Virus record (IMG/VR): IMGVR_UViG_3300037631_006005
Span: 1 to 44,065 of that record
Source of the DNA: a virus
Taxonomy: Duplodnaviria > Caudoviricetes
Length of the DNA: 44,065 bases
Strand: one strand, 5' to 3'
The translations under genes and the position numbers were made by a program. The notes below the pieces were generated by a model, which worked only from the letters and a program-made list of their open reading frames with translations, made no database searches and was not told the origin of the DNA. Below, in pieces: positions 26,452-37,300 of the stretch; positions within the stretch are counted from its first letter, which is position 1, and every line of letters begins with the position of its first letter.

Positions 26452-28534
26452 TATAAATACAATTTATGCACTATTTGATGTACATGATTATAAAAATGAA
26501 AGTGTTCTTTCTTCTTATAATTTAGATATCACACCCTTAACTTTTAAAGCAGACTTACCTTCAACAGACTTTTATTCAGATGTAAATAAATTTGAAGCGT
26601 TATTCGACTTTGGAGACGGTACTGTAGGTACAGGGTTAACAGCATCACACACTTACACTCTACCCGGTGAGTATAAAGTAAGAATGGTAATTAATGATTG
26701 CGAGAATAATGCTTTATTAGCTTCCTATTCAGCTGACATAAATATCTACGATTATATAGAAAATACATTTTCTGTAGATATAGAAGATAATATTCTACCA
26801 CTTTCAGCAGGTGAATTTTCAAAACCAATTACTATAACTAATAAAGCTCCGTTTTATCAAGAAAGTAATAATATATTCTACTCTGTATCCGGATTAACTA
26901 TACCTAACTATTTTGACCTCACGCCATATAAGTTTAATCACCTTGAAAAATACTACGCCTTTTACGAGAAGTCTTATATTGAAAATTTATCAGCAAGTGA
27001 ATATAATGAAATACCCTTTATAAGCGTTAGTGGTTCAAATATATATGTAAAGCTATCTGGCAACAAGCTAGTGAATGCTAAAAGTACAGATGTTGATAGT
27101 GTATTTGTTGGGACATCTGGTCGCGAATCATATTATTTTTCTTCAGATCAAATTGCAAGTGGAATAACAATTAACCTTTTTAAAGATAGGAATACAATTT
27201 TTAGTAGAGATAATAGCTTAGATTATTCGCTTAATAATTATAACAATAATTTATCTATATCTTTAACAGCTAACGTTGGCACTACTTCACTTTCTTCAAA
27301 TTTACAGTTTTTAACCATTAATGATAATGGATTAACTGAGGAGGGAGAAGACGAAGCTCAAATTTTTAATCTTAGCCCGGTGCAGTTTAAAAAGGCTCCT
27401 ATACCATTCGTTGTAAAACCTACAAGCGTATCTAATTATACTGTAAAAGATTTAACTTTAAATGGTAGTATTTCAGGTAAATTATATGATAGCAATAACC
27501 AAGAAGTAGATACATCTTACTATAGTATATCTAGTCTAAATAGCTCTATTTCCGGTATTAATACAGACTTTTGGTTTTATGGTTATTTAGCATATGATGA
27601 TGGGCTTCCTAGTGTCGATTCTTTTACATTCGTAGTTAGTGCAGAGTTTACAAACGCATCTGAGACTTTTATGCTGGTCGGTGAAAGTATTAGTTTTAAT
27701 ATATACCCTAAGGATTATTACTATTTTGCAAAATCAAATGAAGATATTGATTATACAGAGGTATTTAAAAGCTTAAGATTTCAGGAAATTTTATTAGATA
27801 AAAATATACTGTTTGATGATTTTATAGGTTCTATTTTTGGTAATTTAAGTTCTGATAATTCATCTCTCGGTAAAACGATAAATGAAAAAATCTTTAACTT
27901 TGTTAATAATAACACAAATATTGACACATGTAATTTAAACAGCCTTATTAGTATAAGCGATCAACTAAATGAAGAGGCAAACGTGTATGATAACTCACTC
28001 TTTAACTTTCCACCGGCAATAGTAAGGTTAATGAATATGTTTTCTACTGATTATAATCAATTTAAAGGAACTTCAAATAAATTTAAGGAGAACTTTAACG
28101 ATAAAGGAATAACTACAAGAGAAACATATGGAAAAAATCTAGGCTCGGAAATTGAAACATATTCTTATACAGTGACTGCTGGTACCGATATAGTAGCTTT
28201 AGAAAAGTTTAGTAATAACTACTCTCTTCTAAATACCTACCAACCAATTTGTGCAGTAGATGCATTGCAATATAAGTTGAGTGAATTTAACACCGACTGG
28301 GGATGGCCATTAGTACTGCCTGATAATTTTATTTCGACTGATTTATCTAAGTTTTATACCTTTTACGACTACACTTCTGGGTTTGAAGGAACTGTATATG
28401 ATGGAATCTTAAATTATGAAGATATTTTAAATACGTTTGACGTAACTACATCGTTAAGTAGTTTTAAGGGTGATAATAATATAGAAGATATAGCAATCCG
28501 TAATGCATTGTTCAGTAGCTTATCTATAATCTAA
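26444..28534 (+). CDS. PKD-domain virion structural protein (baseplate-associated)
   Basis: PKD signature FDFGDG...ASHTYTLPGEYKVRM. ATG 26444 is preferred over TTG 26441. Confidence 0.7.
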   Translation: MSNINTIYALFDVHDYKNESVLSSYNLDITPLTFKADLPSTDFYSDVNKFEALFDFGDGTVGTGLTASHTYTLPGEYKVRMVINDCENNALLASYSADINIYDYIENTFSVDIEDNILPLSAGEFSKPITITNKAPFYQESNNIFYSVSGLTIPNYFDLTPYKFNHLEKYYAFYEKSYIENLSASEYNEIPFISVSGSNIYVKLSGNKLVNAKSTDVDSVFVGTSGRESYYFSSDQIASGITINLFKDRNTIFSRDNSLDYSLNNYNNNLSISLTANVGTTSLSSNLQFLTINDNGLTEEGEDEAQIFNLSPVQFKKAPIPFVVKPTSVSNYTVKDLTLNGSISGKLYDSNNQEVDTSYYSISSLNSSISGINTDFWFYGYLAYDDGLPSVDSFTFVVSAEFTNASETFMLVGESISFNIYPKDYYYFAKSNEDIDYTEVFKSLRFQEILLDKNILFDDFIGSIFGNLSSDNSSLGKTINEKIFNFVNNNTNIDTCNLNSLISISDQLNEEANVYDNSLFNFPPAIVRLMNMFSTDYNQFKGTSNKFKENFNDKGITTRETYGKNLGSEIETYSYTVTAGTDIVALEKFSNNYSLLNTYQPICAVDALQYKLSEFNTDWGWPLVLPDNFISTDLSKFYTFYDYTSGFEGTVYDGILNYEDILNTFDVTTSLSSFKGDNNIEDIAIRNALFSSLSII

Positions 28535-28548
28535 AATAAATAATATTA

Positions 28549-31341
28549 ATGGAAAATGTAATAAAAGGTTATCCTGAAGTCCCACAGTCTATTACTAATA
28601 GTAATGTAGTAGGTACTAATGCTTTAGATCGAAACCAAGCTTTTTCCCTGATCGAATTTATAAAAGTAGTAAAGGTAAGCTACGAACCGAGTACAGTACA
28701 GGAGTATTATACTTCTTATCTAAATAACTGGAACAGTAAAATCACCAACAAGACAACCTCTAATAATAGTCTAATAATAGATAGATATAGAGACTTCTTG
28801 AAGGAAATTACTATTAATTTTAGTAATAAGACTGAAAAGAAATTTCTACAACATCTCGATTTTAGTGATAATAATGATATATCTATAGCAGTTTCATTTT
28901 TTAGTAAAAAATTAAGAGAAGTTGTAGAGTATTATAGGGTAGAACGCGTTAATTTATTTAACGCTTCAAATAAAGTTAAGACTAAAACGAGCAACTTTAA
29001 CGTAGTAAAAAGTGCTTACAATTCTGTCCTTAACTTTCTTGATAATCGGGAGGACGGGTTAATAGATTATAACTTTAGTGAAATAAAGCGTAGTATACGC
29101 GTCTCATTGACTGAGTACTTTGATGTTTATACGTCATATTTCAATCAAGAACCGGTTGAGACAGAATACGGTAAGCATTTTTTAAGCTATAGCCCAGATG
29201 ATTTACCTACTGATAATATCTTTCTTTCTAGTACCACCGAGTTAGTATCAGAGGTATTTGAAGGTTATAGTGAAGTTTTAAAGTTATATTTAGAAGCAGA
29301 TAGTATTTTTGATAACAAGAAATCTCTTACTGAAAAATATATTGGTACAGATTTTTATTATATTTCTTCAAATGCCGTAGGGGAATATGTTTATGATATT
29401 CTTTTAAAAGCTGAGAACCCGTATAGTGATTTTTTAAATCAACAATATCCAACCACTGCTAGTGTTTTTGCAAATAAAATAAGTACAAAGCAAGAAGTTG
29501 GATTCTTCAAACCAACTAACACCGGTATTAATGTCATACAAGCACCGGCTATTGACTTTGAATTAAATAAGCAATACGAGCCTGATAGTCTTTTTATATT
29601 TCCCGACCCTAAAGTATTTACTAATAATGAGAATATATTAGTTTTTAATATAGAACCTAGTGTATTCTTTAAAAATATTTCTAGCGGTGTAGCTAAATTA
29701 CAACCTAATACAAATAAGGAGGATACATCTTATCTAGGGTACAGTTCTCAATTTGACACCAGAGCAGAAAGTACTGATTTAGCGTTTCTTTTTGATAAAG
29801 GTTATATAGATGATAGTAAAAAAGATCTATTTGGCAATATTTTCGGTTTAGTAAAAGATAATAACCATTTTAGAGATAATTTAACTGTTATAAATCCTCC
29901 AACTGTAAAAAATCTTATATTAAATGGATATCAGTTTTATGATAGTTTATATAATGAAGGGTTCAACTTTAACTATAATACTGTAGATTTAACTACCTTC
30001 AATGAAACAAAAAGATCGGGTCTATCTTCATTTACCAACGGGTTAACTGCACGTGAAACTTCACCATTTTTTCCATCTTCTGCATATAATATATTCTTTA
30101 GATATTTCTGCCCTTACGAGGAACTCATCGAACCTATAACTACAAATGTTGATTTCTTAAACAAGACTACTGATACAGCAGGAGTTATAGACGGTGCATA
30201 TTTTTTAAAGACTGATTTCGATTTTTTACCAGATCCTATTTCTTCTGACTTAAGTGCATTTTCTAATACAACTCAACAATTCTACTATTCTAATTTAATA
30301 GAAGGAGGTATTGCTAGTTTAAGTGGCGCTTCTATACAACGTGCTTTATTAGATGATACTACTGCAGTTACTGAAAGTTTGACCGGTGATTTTTCTTTAA
30401 GTCTTCAACTTACCGCTTTAAATGCTTTGTATAGTAACTACGAAGGTGGTAGATTTACAGACAAGTTAACTTTTGATTATAGCTTAGCCCCTGAAAGCTA
30501 TTTTTACGATGATACGCTTTTAGAGACTACTACTGTAGTTAGCAATACGTCTGCTACTTTTGATCAATTTAACTCTAAAAACCTGCAGGGTAAAATTTAC
30601 GTCAAAAATGCATCAACTAACACTGGTGGAGAGATTTTTGATTTACTACCATACCTTTCATCGAAATATAGTACAACTATAGTCAGCGACCTTTCAAGTA
30701 ACGTTTTAAATTTCGACTTAATGTATGATACACTATTCATACAGACAAGTAGTTTCTTTGTAATTGAACAATTACAATTTGAAGATAATAAATTTAATGA
30801 CTCGTTTGCTGATAATATATCACTTACTCTGAATACTAATAATTTTGATAAAATAAGTAATAGATTTAAAAAGGATCTCAATGTATATTACTACAAGCTT
30901 AAAGTAGAACAGGATTCTACACAAACTAAAACCCTATCTGTCTATCCAGAAATATACGAGTATAGTTATACAGCAAACACTAATATAAAGATATTCCCAA
31001 GAAATAATTCAGAGCTTAGTAATAATATAAATAGATTTATTTTATCAGGCTACGATGTATTATACGATAAGGTTGATACACCTATTATTACATATAGAGG
31101 TGATTTAGATTTATTTAATTTAAGTTATCTTATAAAGGATCAAAATATGTCACCGGTTATAGTTAGTCATAACTTTTTTGTTGATACAAATAGTGACGTA
31201 ACGTTTGTAAGGGGTGATTATGTAAGAGCTGTACATGATAATAAGACGTTTACATTTGAAAATACAAACACGTTAAATTCCTTTAGCTTTAATTTGAGCT
31301 CCGAGCCTTTAACTGTTAGTAATAACTCCCTCATACTATGA
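28549..31341 (+). CDS. Large hypothetical virion structural protein
   Basis: 930 aa, N/S/T/F-rich, late promoter, located in the baseplate cluster. Confidence 0.6.
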   Translation: MENVIKGYPEVPQSITNSNVVGTNALDRNQAFSLIEFIKVVKVSYEPSTVQEYYTSYLNNWNSKITNKTTSNNSLIIDRYRDFLKEITINFSNKTEKKFLQHLDFSDNNDISIAVSFFSKKLREVVEYYRVERVNLFNASNKVKTKTSNFNVVKSAYNSVLNFLDNREDGLIDYNFSEIKRSIRVSLTEYFDVYTSYFNQEPVETEYGKHFLSYSPDDLPTDNIFLSSTTELVSEVFEGYSEVLKLYLEADSIFDNKKSLTEKYIGTDFYYISSNAVGEYVYDILLKAENPYSDFLNQQYPTTASVFANKISTKQEVGFFKPTNTGINVIQAPAIDFELNKQYEPDSLFIFPDPKVFTNNENILVFNIEPSVFFKNISSGVAKLQPNTNKEDTSYLGYSSQFDTRAESTDLAFLFDKGYIDDSKKDLFGNIFGLVKDNNHFRDNLTVINPPTVKNLILNGYQFYDSLYNEGFNFNYNTVDLTTFNETKRSGLSSFTNGLTARETSPFFPSSAYNIFFRYFCPYEELIEPITTNVDFLNKTTDTAGVIDGAYFLKTDFDFLPDPISSDLSAFSNTTQQFYYSNLIEGGIASLSGASIQRALLDDTTAVTESLTGDFSLSLQLTALNALYSNYEGGRFTDKLTFDYSLAPESYFYDDTLLETTTVVSNTSATFDQFNSKNLQGKIYVKNASTNTGGEIFDLLPYLSSKYSTTIVSDLSSNVLNFDLMYDTLFIQTSSFFVIEQLQFEDNKFNDSFADNISLTLNTNNFDKISNRFKKDLNVYYYKLKVEQDSTQTKTLSVYPEIYEYSYTANTNIKIFPRNNSELSNNINRFILSGYDVLYDKVDTPIITYRGDLDLFNLSYLIKDQNMSPVIVSHNFFVDTNSDVTFVRGDYVRAVHDNKTFTFENTNTLNSFSFNLSSEPLTVSNNSLIL

Positions 31342-31979
31342 ATTCATACAATATCTCACTTGCAACAACTTCAACATCGTTAACTTCTAATTACGATACT
31401 ATTGATTTGTTTGATCAAACAGAAGTAGGGGTAAATTTAAGCAATATTTTTTCTGATGTATTCCCATACTATGTTGTTATAGACTGGGGAGATGGATCTG
31501 AAGTTTTTGAGCCTGAAATAAAGACGTTTATAAATTATAGAACGGAAAGTATAATAGATGAAATCGTGAAGGGTGTTTCTCCACCATTCCTTAACACTAC
31601 TTACAAGCATATTTACGACCCTTCACCTGATAGTCTGGTTAAATCACTTACCTTAAAAGTTGGTATACAATACACAACAGGGGAAATCACCCAATTTATT
31701 ATTCCTATTGATATTCGCACCGAGGGGTATTACGAAAATATTAGAGATATAAAGCTTGAAGATGTAAAAATAATTAATAATGTAAATCTCGATACTACAC
31801 TACAGCTAAGAACGGAGATTGATAACTACATTATTGAAACAACAAACAATACTAATGCAGATTCCTTCACTTCCTTTGTCGTTAATGATGTAGGCGAAAA
31901 TTTGGAAAAGATTGAACGTGATAATGGGAATGTAATAGTAGATAATAAAGATGGTACTGAAGTCATTATTGTTGAGTAA
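31338..31979 (+). CDS. PKD-like structural protein
   Basis: IDWGDGS...YKHIY motif; ATGA overlap. Confidence 0.55.
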   Translation: MNSYNISLATTSTSLTSNYDTIDLFDQTEVGVNLSNIFSDVFPYYVVIDWGDGSEVFEPEIKTFINYRTESIIDEIVKGVSPPFLNTTYKHIYDPSPDSLVKSLTLKVGIQYTTGEITQFIIPIDIRTEGYYENIRDIKLEDVKIINNVNLDTTLQLRTEIDNYIIETTNNTNADSFTSFVVNDVGENLEKIERDNGNVIVDNKDGTEVIIVE

Positions 31980-32021
31980 TTTGATTCTTTAAAACATAGA
32001 TAATGGCTTAAATATATAGTA

Positions 32022-34343
32022 ATGAGTTCAACTACTGTAAGTTTAAGTACATATAAATCTAATAGAGTGGGGTTGTGTATGGATTCTCTCAACTTAAAAC
32101 AGTTTAGTAGAACTTATGCCGGTAATTTCTCTTTCAACTTTATTACAGCGCTATCTGGAACAGTAGACTTTCAGAATAAAAACTACACTGATTTTTATCT
32201 AACTAATTCAAATACGCTTGATAAATTTATCGAATTTAAATCAGAAAGATTAAAGCCTAAATCTATCTATTCTTCGTTGCAGTTTTCTAAGTGTACCGGT
32301 GGTGGTAATTATCTAAAGTTTGTAAAAAATATTAGACCTAGTTTTTTTAAAGACGATGATAATTTTGTTAACTTACAATTTTATGGGGCTACTGGTTTTA
32401 GTAACAACCAAAATGACAGCTCTAATCTGTTTAATATTGAGTTTATAGACGATTTTTATTGCTCAGTATCATATGTAGACAATAATAAAAGATATTATCT
32501 AGTAGCGTCTGACGACCCTGAAGAAGAGGGTATTATACCTGTGTTATTTGTAAGGGATAATAAACTTAAAGAAGAAAGTAGAAAGATTGAGTATATTCTA
32601 ACTAGGGCAGGTAGTGTACAGTATTTAACGTTTATAGTTAAAAAAGGTAGTAAAAAGTATATTTTAAGAAAACAAGATGACGTGTTAGTAGGTAGGGCTA
32701 TTGATAAGTTTGAAAATATTAACTACTTTTATTTTAACGGTACCTCCGCTAAAATAATTTTTAATCAGAATACGTTAATATCTAACCCTATAAATACATC
32801 GTTTATTGAGTATACAGACACGGAATATTTAGCAAATACAAATAAGAGCTCATTTGATATAGAATCTAATTATCTTTTTTATAAAAATAGTAGTGTAGGA
32901 AGTGGTAATTTTAACCTAATAAATTTAAAAAACATAGCTGACACCGCAGATAGCTTTACTTCCTCAAATAATTTGCTTAGTTCTAATACCGATCTAGTGT
33001 TTAACGATAATATAAGAAATTATACTTCTATATTTAACGATATTAACGCCGAAGAAGACGCATCTTTAGAGTTAAATTTTGTAACTTACAATCTTTCTTA
33101 TAAAATAACACCCGGCTCAACTTCATTTACAGCACCTTCATCTCTAAATCCTTTTGGTAGACTTAATATTAACGATACAAAATTTGTAGAGTCAGGTGCC
33201 TTTGCGTTTCCTTACCCGTATTTTGCTGATAAGGTACATAAAAAGCTAGATAATATACCTGTTACAGAAGGTCAATACTTATGTACTTGGTTATCTGGTA
33301 TGCCAGGTGAAGCGGGTATATGGGTTGATAGATATTACTACCCAGACTTAGTCTCTAAAGCGACAGCATTAGGTAGTAAACCTATTTACAATATTACATA
33401 TGATGATGCCATTGAAAATCTTATTGAGAGTAATACTAAATTAAAAACCTCTGTAACTGAAAAATTATTTTTCGATAAATTAAGCGATCTCACTTTTGAG
33501 CCTAAAAAGGAATATATATACGAAAGAGTTAAAAATATAAAGAAAGTCGACGAAGAACTGCAATTGAAATATTGCGATTTGAAAAACCAAGAACGAAATG
33601 CACCTAACTACTATAAGACTATCAACACTAATGGCGGTTATACCTTAGCGTTTAAGTTTTTTAGTAATGATTTTTCTATAAAATCGCATGTAAATGAAAT
33701 AGATGCAGGATTTTCTATTGTCAAGACAGGTACAATTTTAGAGTTACAATTTAAGTTTTTTGACAATGCGTCAACTCTGTATAAAACTTTTACAAAAAAA
33801 ATTACATTATCTGAGTTAACTAACAACGACCTATATATATCTTTTAATAATTCTACAGGTTTAGGTACGGTATATTTAAATACTATAGAAGTATTTACAT
33901 ATAATTTACTTTCTTTTCAATTTGCTAATAAGCAGATATTATATGGCGATATTAGCTTAACGAGTAAGGATTTTAGTGGGGATATTCTCTTATCGAACAT
34001 ATCAAATAACAACGCTATAAGTGATTTATTTTTATCATTACAGCCTGTATCTACACAGGATCTAATTATATCTATATTTACAAGAAGCATAAAAACAATC
34101 GATGATATATATATTTCCCTACCTTGTGGTATGAGAAACTATACTGATAATATTGATACACTTAATACATTAGGAGCGAATTTAAAATCAAAATCAAACG
34201 TAGTTGATATTAACATCGATAATTTAAATATCACAGATTTAAATATTTTAAATCAGGTAAAGGATAATTTGTTAGCAGGAATACAAAAAAGTTTACCAGC
34301 TACAACAGTAATAAACAAAATAAACTTTAAAAATTTTAAATGA
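32022..34343 (+). CDS. Large hypothetical virion structural protein, beta-rich (possible ConA/LamG-like C-terminal region)
   Basis: Late promoter; GYTLAFKF...LYISFNNSTGLGTVYLN pattern. Confidence 0.55.
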   Translation: MSSTTVSLSTYKSNRVGLCMDSLNLKQFSRTYAGNFSFNFITALSGTVDFQNKNYTDFYLTNSNTLDKFIEFKSERLKPKSIYSSLQFSKCTGGGNYLKFVKNIRPSFFKDDDNFVNLQFYGATGFSNNQNDSSNLFNIEFIDDFYCSVSYVDNNKRYYLVASDDPEEEGIIPVLFVRDNKLKEESRKIEYILTRAGSVQYLTFIVKKGSKKYILRKQDDVLVGRAIDKFENINYFYFNGTSAKIIFNQNTLISNPINTSFIEYTDTEYLANTNKSSFDIESNYLFYKNSSVGSGNFNLINLKNIADTADSFTSSNNLLSSNTDLVFNDNIRNYTSIFNDINAEEDASLELNFVTYNLSYKITPGSTSFTAPSSLNPFGRLNINDTKFVESGAFAFPYPYFADKVHKKLDNIPVTEGQYLCTWLSGMPGEAGIWVDRYYYPDLVSKATALGSKPIYNITYDDAIENLIESNTKLKTSVTEKLFFDKLSDLTFEPKKEYIYERVKNIKKVDEELQLKYCDLKNQERNAPNYYKTINTNGGYTLAFKFFSNDFSIKSHVNEIDAGFSIVKTGTILELQFKFFDNASTLYKTFTKKITLSELTNNDLYISFNNSTGLGTVYLNTIEVFTYNLLSFQFANKQILYGDISLTSKDFSGDILLSNISNNNAISDLFLSLQPVSTQDLIISIFTRSIKTIDDIYISLPCGMRNYTDNIDTLNTLGANLKSKSNVVDINIDNLNITDLNILNQVKDNLLAGIQKSLPATTVINKINFKNFK

Positions 34344-37300
34344 TAAACTATTTTAAATATACTTCAGGAGACGCATTTACACTTAGTGGTGTAGATTATA
34401 ATGGGTTTGTTAATATCGTTGATGGTAGGCCATTTACAGGACGTGTTAAGAACTCCTTTTCGGTTGAGTTAAGCGCGAAAAATAATTTTTTATCGAAAAG
34501 TATTCTTGAAAGGCGTGAGTTTGATAACTCTCCGACATCTTTTACAACAAATAAATTAACAAGTCCTGAATATTCTCCAAGAAATGTTCTCAGTAATGAT
34601 TTTTTAAGAAAAAACTTTAATATACTATATCAAAATAATCTTTCTATCTTTAGTTTAAGCCAGGTCTATAATAATTCTTATTTAGATACTTCTTCTTTTA
34701 AAGGTGAGTCAAAATTTGGTGGGTTTTTTGGTTTATCATCTACAACTGTAGACGAAAGGGATGACGATAACAACACATTAAAGGATCTGGTAACACCATA
34801 CCATATAGACCCATTTAAAAGTGCTAGTAAAGAGAGGTTTCCTGATCTTTTTGAATTAGACAATGCTAAAAAAACATATATCGAAACATTTGATGATGGA
34901 TTTGTATATACTATTACTACTGACACTAAAACAATTGCTTTTAGTGGATGCTTTACTGGTCAAATCGAAAAAATTAGAAATAACAAAGTTCAAAATGATT
35001 TAAACGGAGTAAAAAACTTAGTTGTTGATAAAGCAAACGGGTTTATTTATTCCCCATCTTTAGAAGATAATGGTGTTAACTATACTAATATATATGATAG
35101 GGATATTTACCGTGCATGTTCTAGATTAAAATTGGTAGATAGAATAAAAACTTCTAATTTTAGAGTTGTTAACAATAATGTAAGCTTTGGTAAAACCTAT
35201 AAAGTAGTACAGGTAATAAATGATGAAAATAATGTTGTATTAGAGATTTCACCTAACAGAACTAGTGAGATTCTTGCTACTTTACCTATTTCTAATTTAA
35301 ATAACCCGGAATATGTTAAAGTAGAGTCAAGATTTACGGATGATCTACTACTAATAGTGACTAAACCGGTAAGTAATACCGAAATTTTTAACACCTACTT
35401 TATAGATTTACCAGAATTTATAGAAAGCGGTGTAATTCCTGAACCTATAGAAATTAGTAGAGTCAATTTTGAAGAAAAACCTCTATCCCCTATTGGTCTG
35501 GATAATATGTTTACTGTTTTTGGTGTAGCTAGTTCATTATATGTTGAAAATACTCTAAATGGTCAACTTTCTCCAGAACCCCGCTACTACTATCCGTTAT
35601 TTGAAAATAAGTCTGCTGTAAAGGAGTTTAGCTTATCAGAACCACGCGAAATTACTTTTCCAGAAGAAAGTTCCTTCGCGGGTAGGGTTTTTTACTTTGC
35701 AGAGGATTATTTGAATGGATCAGAAGAGAGACCGGATGGATTTTTTATCTATCGTGGTAATGATAAATTAATTAAAATGGATATATCTTTTTCTGATTAT
35801 GATAGTAACTTATTCTTACTAACAGATAACGGTAATGTAACAGAACGAATGATAACTAATCCTTTACCTGTTACTTCTTTTACAGATTTAGAAGATTTAT
35901 TATTACCACCAGATATTCTCTTTACATCCCCTTACAAATTTAACACAAATTCATGGAAGTTTAATACTAACCTCCTCGAATCAAATAACGTATCCTTGAT
36001 TAATAACTTTACAGATACGTTAAAAGATAAGACTTATTCTTATTACCATAACATAGGTAGAATTTACTTTTCTTCTGATAAAAGCAATAAAAAGCGAATA
36101 AGTTTAGCACCTGCTGATCTACAAAGCTTTTTTAATCCGGATATTTTTAATACGGTTTGTGAAACTAGTTTAGGTGTTAATGTAAACATTTTAATACAAG
36201 ATATTTTACGCGATACTATTAATATATATAACAATTTTACAAGAATACCCAAAGCAGGTGTAGTAAAAAGTTTCAAAAAGCTCGGATTAAATACCTCCGA
36301 CGTTACCCCGGAACCGGCAGAGAAGATTAAATTAGGAAGGGTTACTTCACGTGTTGAAAATACTCCGTTTGAGCCTTTAACCGACGAGCAACTAAAACTG
36401 ATAGATGTTGCGTTTGATATTGGGTCTACGAGTTCCAGAACGGAGTCTTTTTTAACTTATAAAAAAGTTCCTGACCTCACGCCGTTCTTGCCGAAAAGTG
36501 GCTCCGTATTTGACATTAGAGAGGATTATATAAATGCTCAAAAAGAATGGGATAAACTTCCAAACCCGATCTATGCAAAGTTACCGGATGGCACCGAAAG
36601 GTTGGACGCTGCGGGAACGAAGACGCGTAAAATTATCAGCAATCTAGGACCATTCAAGATGATGTTACGACCTGCTGAAGCTTTTAATTTGAGTTACGCT
36701 AGAGATACCCGGGTTAGAGATTCTCATTATGGTGTCGATTTTGCTGATAAGCCTGATGTGATAACAAATATTTCTGTAAATTATCGAAGGTCATTTGGGA
36801 CGGACAACCTAGATTCTAATGCGTTCTTCCCGAGGGGTCAGATACCCAACGGCTACCGGAAGTTCGTAATACCTACGAGTGGAATCCACGGTTCAGGTAT
36901 ATTCGTCAAACATTTCAATGGCAAATACGTGGGAGGTAATCTGGGCCGGGAATTTCCAGCGATGGGTGTAAAGATAATTGGTCGGCCAAGCCCCGTTGTC
37001 TTTCCGGATTTTTATACGGAAGAGGAAAAAGCAGAGTATGCAAATGATCCAGACTCCTATGAATCAGAACGATTGAGGTTTGTGAAATCCTCCAGGGAAG
37101 CGCGCCAGTTCTCCGGCCGGAGTGGTGGTGACGGAAACGGTTTGTTTTTCTCACTGTTCGGCTACCCGCCTGGTCCAAAGGATGTAGAGTATACTGGCAT
37201 TTTTGATAGTGTACATATAAAAGGCGACAATGGAGAAATACGTGGTGATGGTGGTATCAATGATATAAATGGTAATTACTTACCAATTTACGGTGATGGA

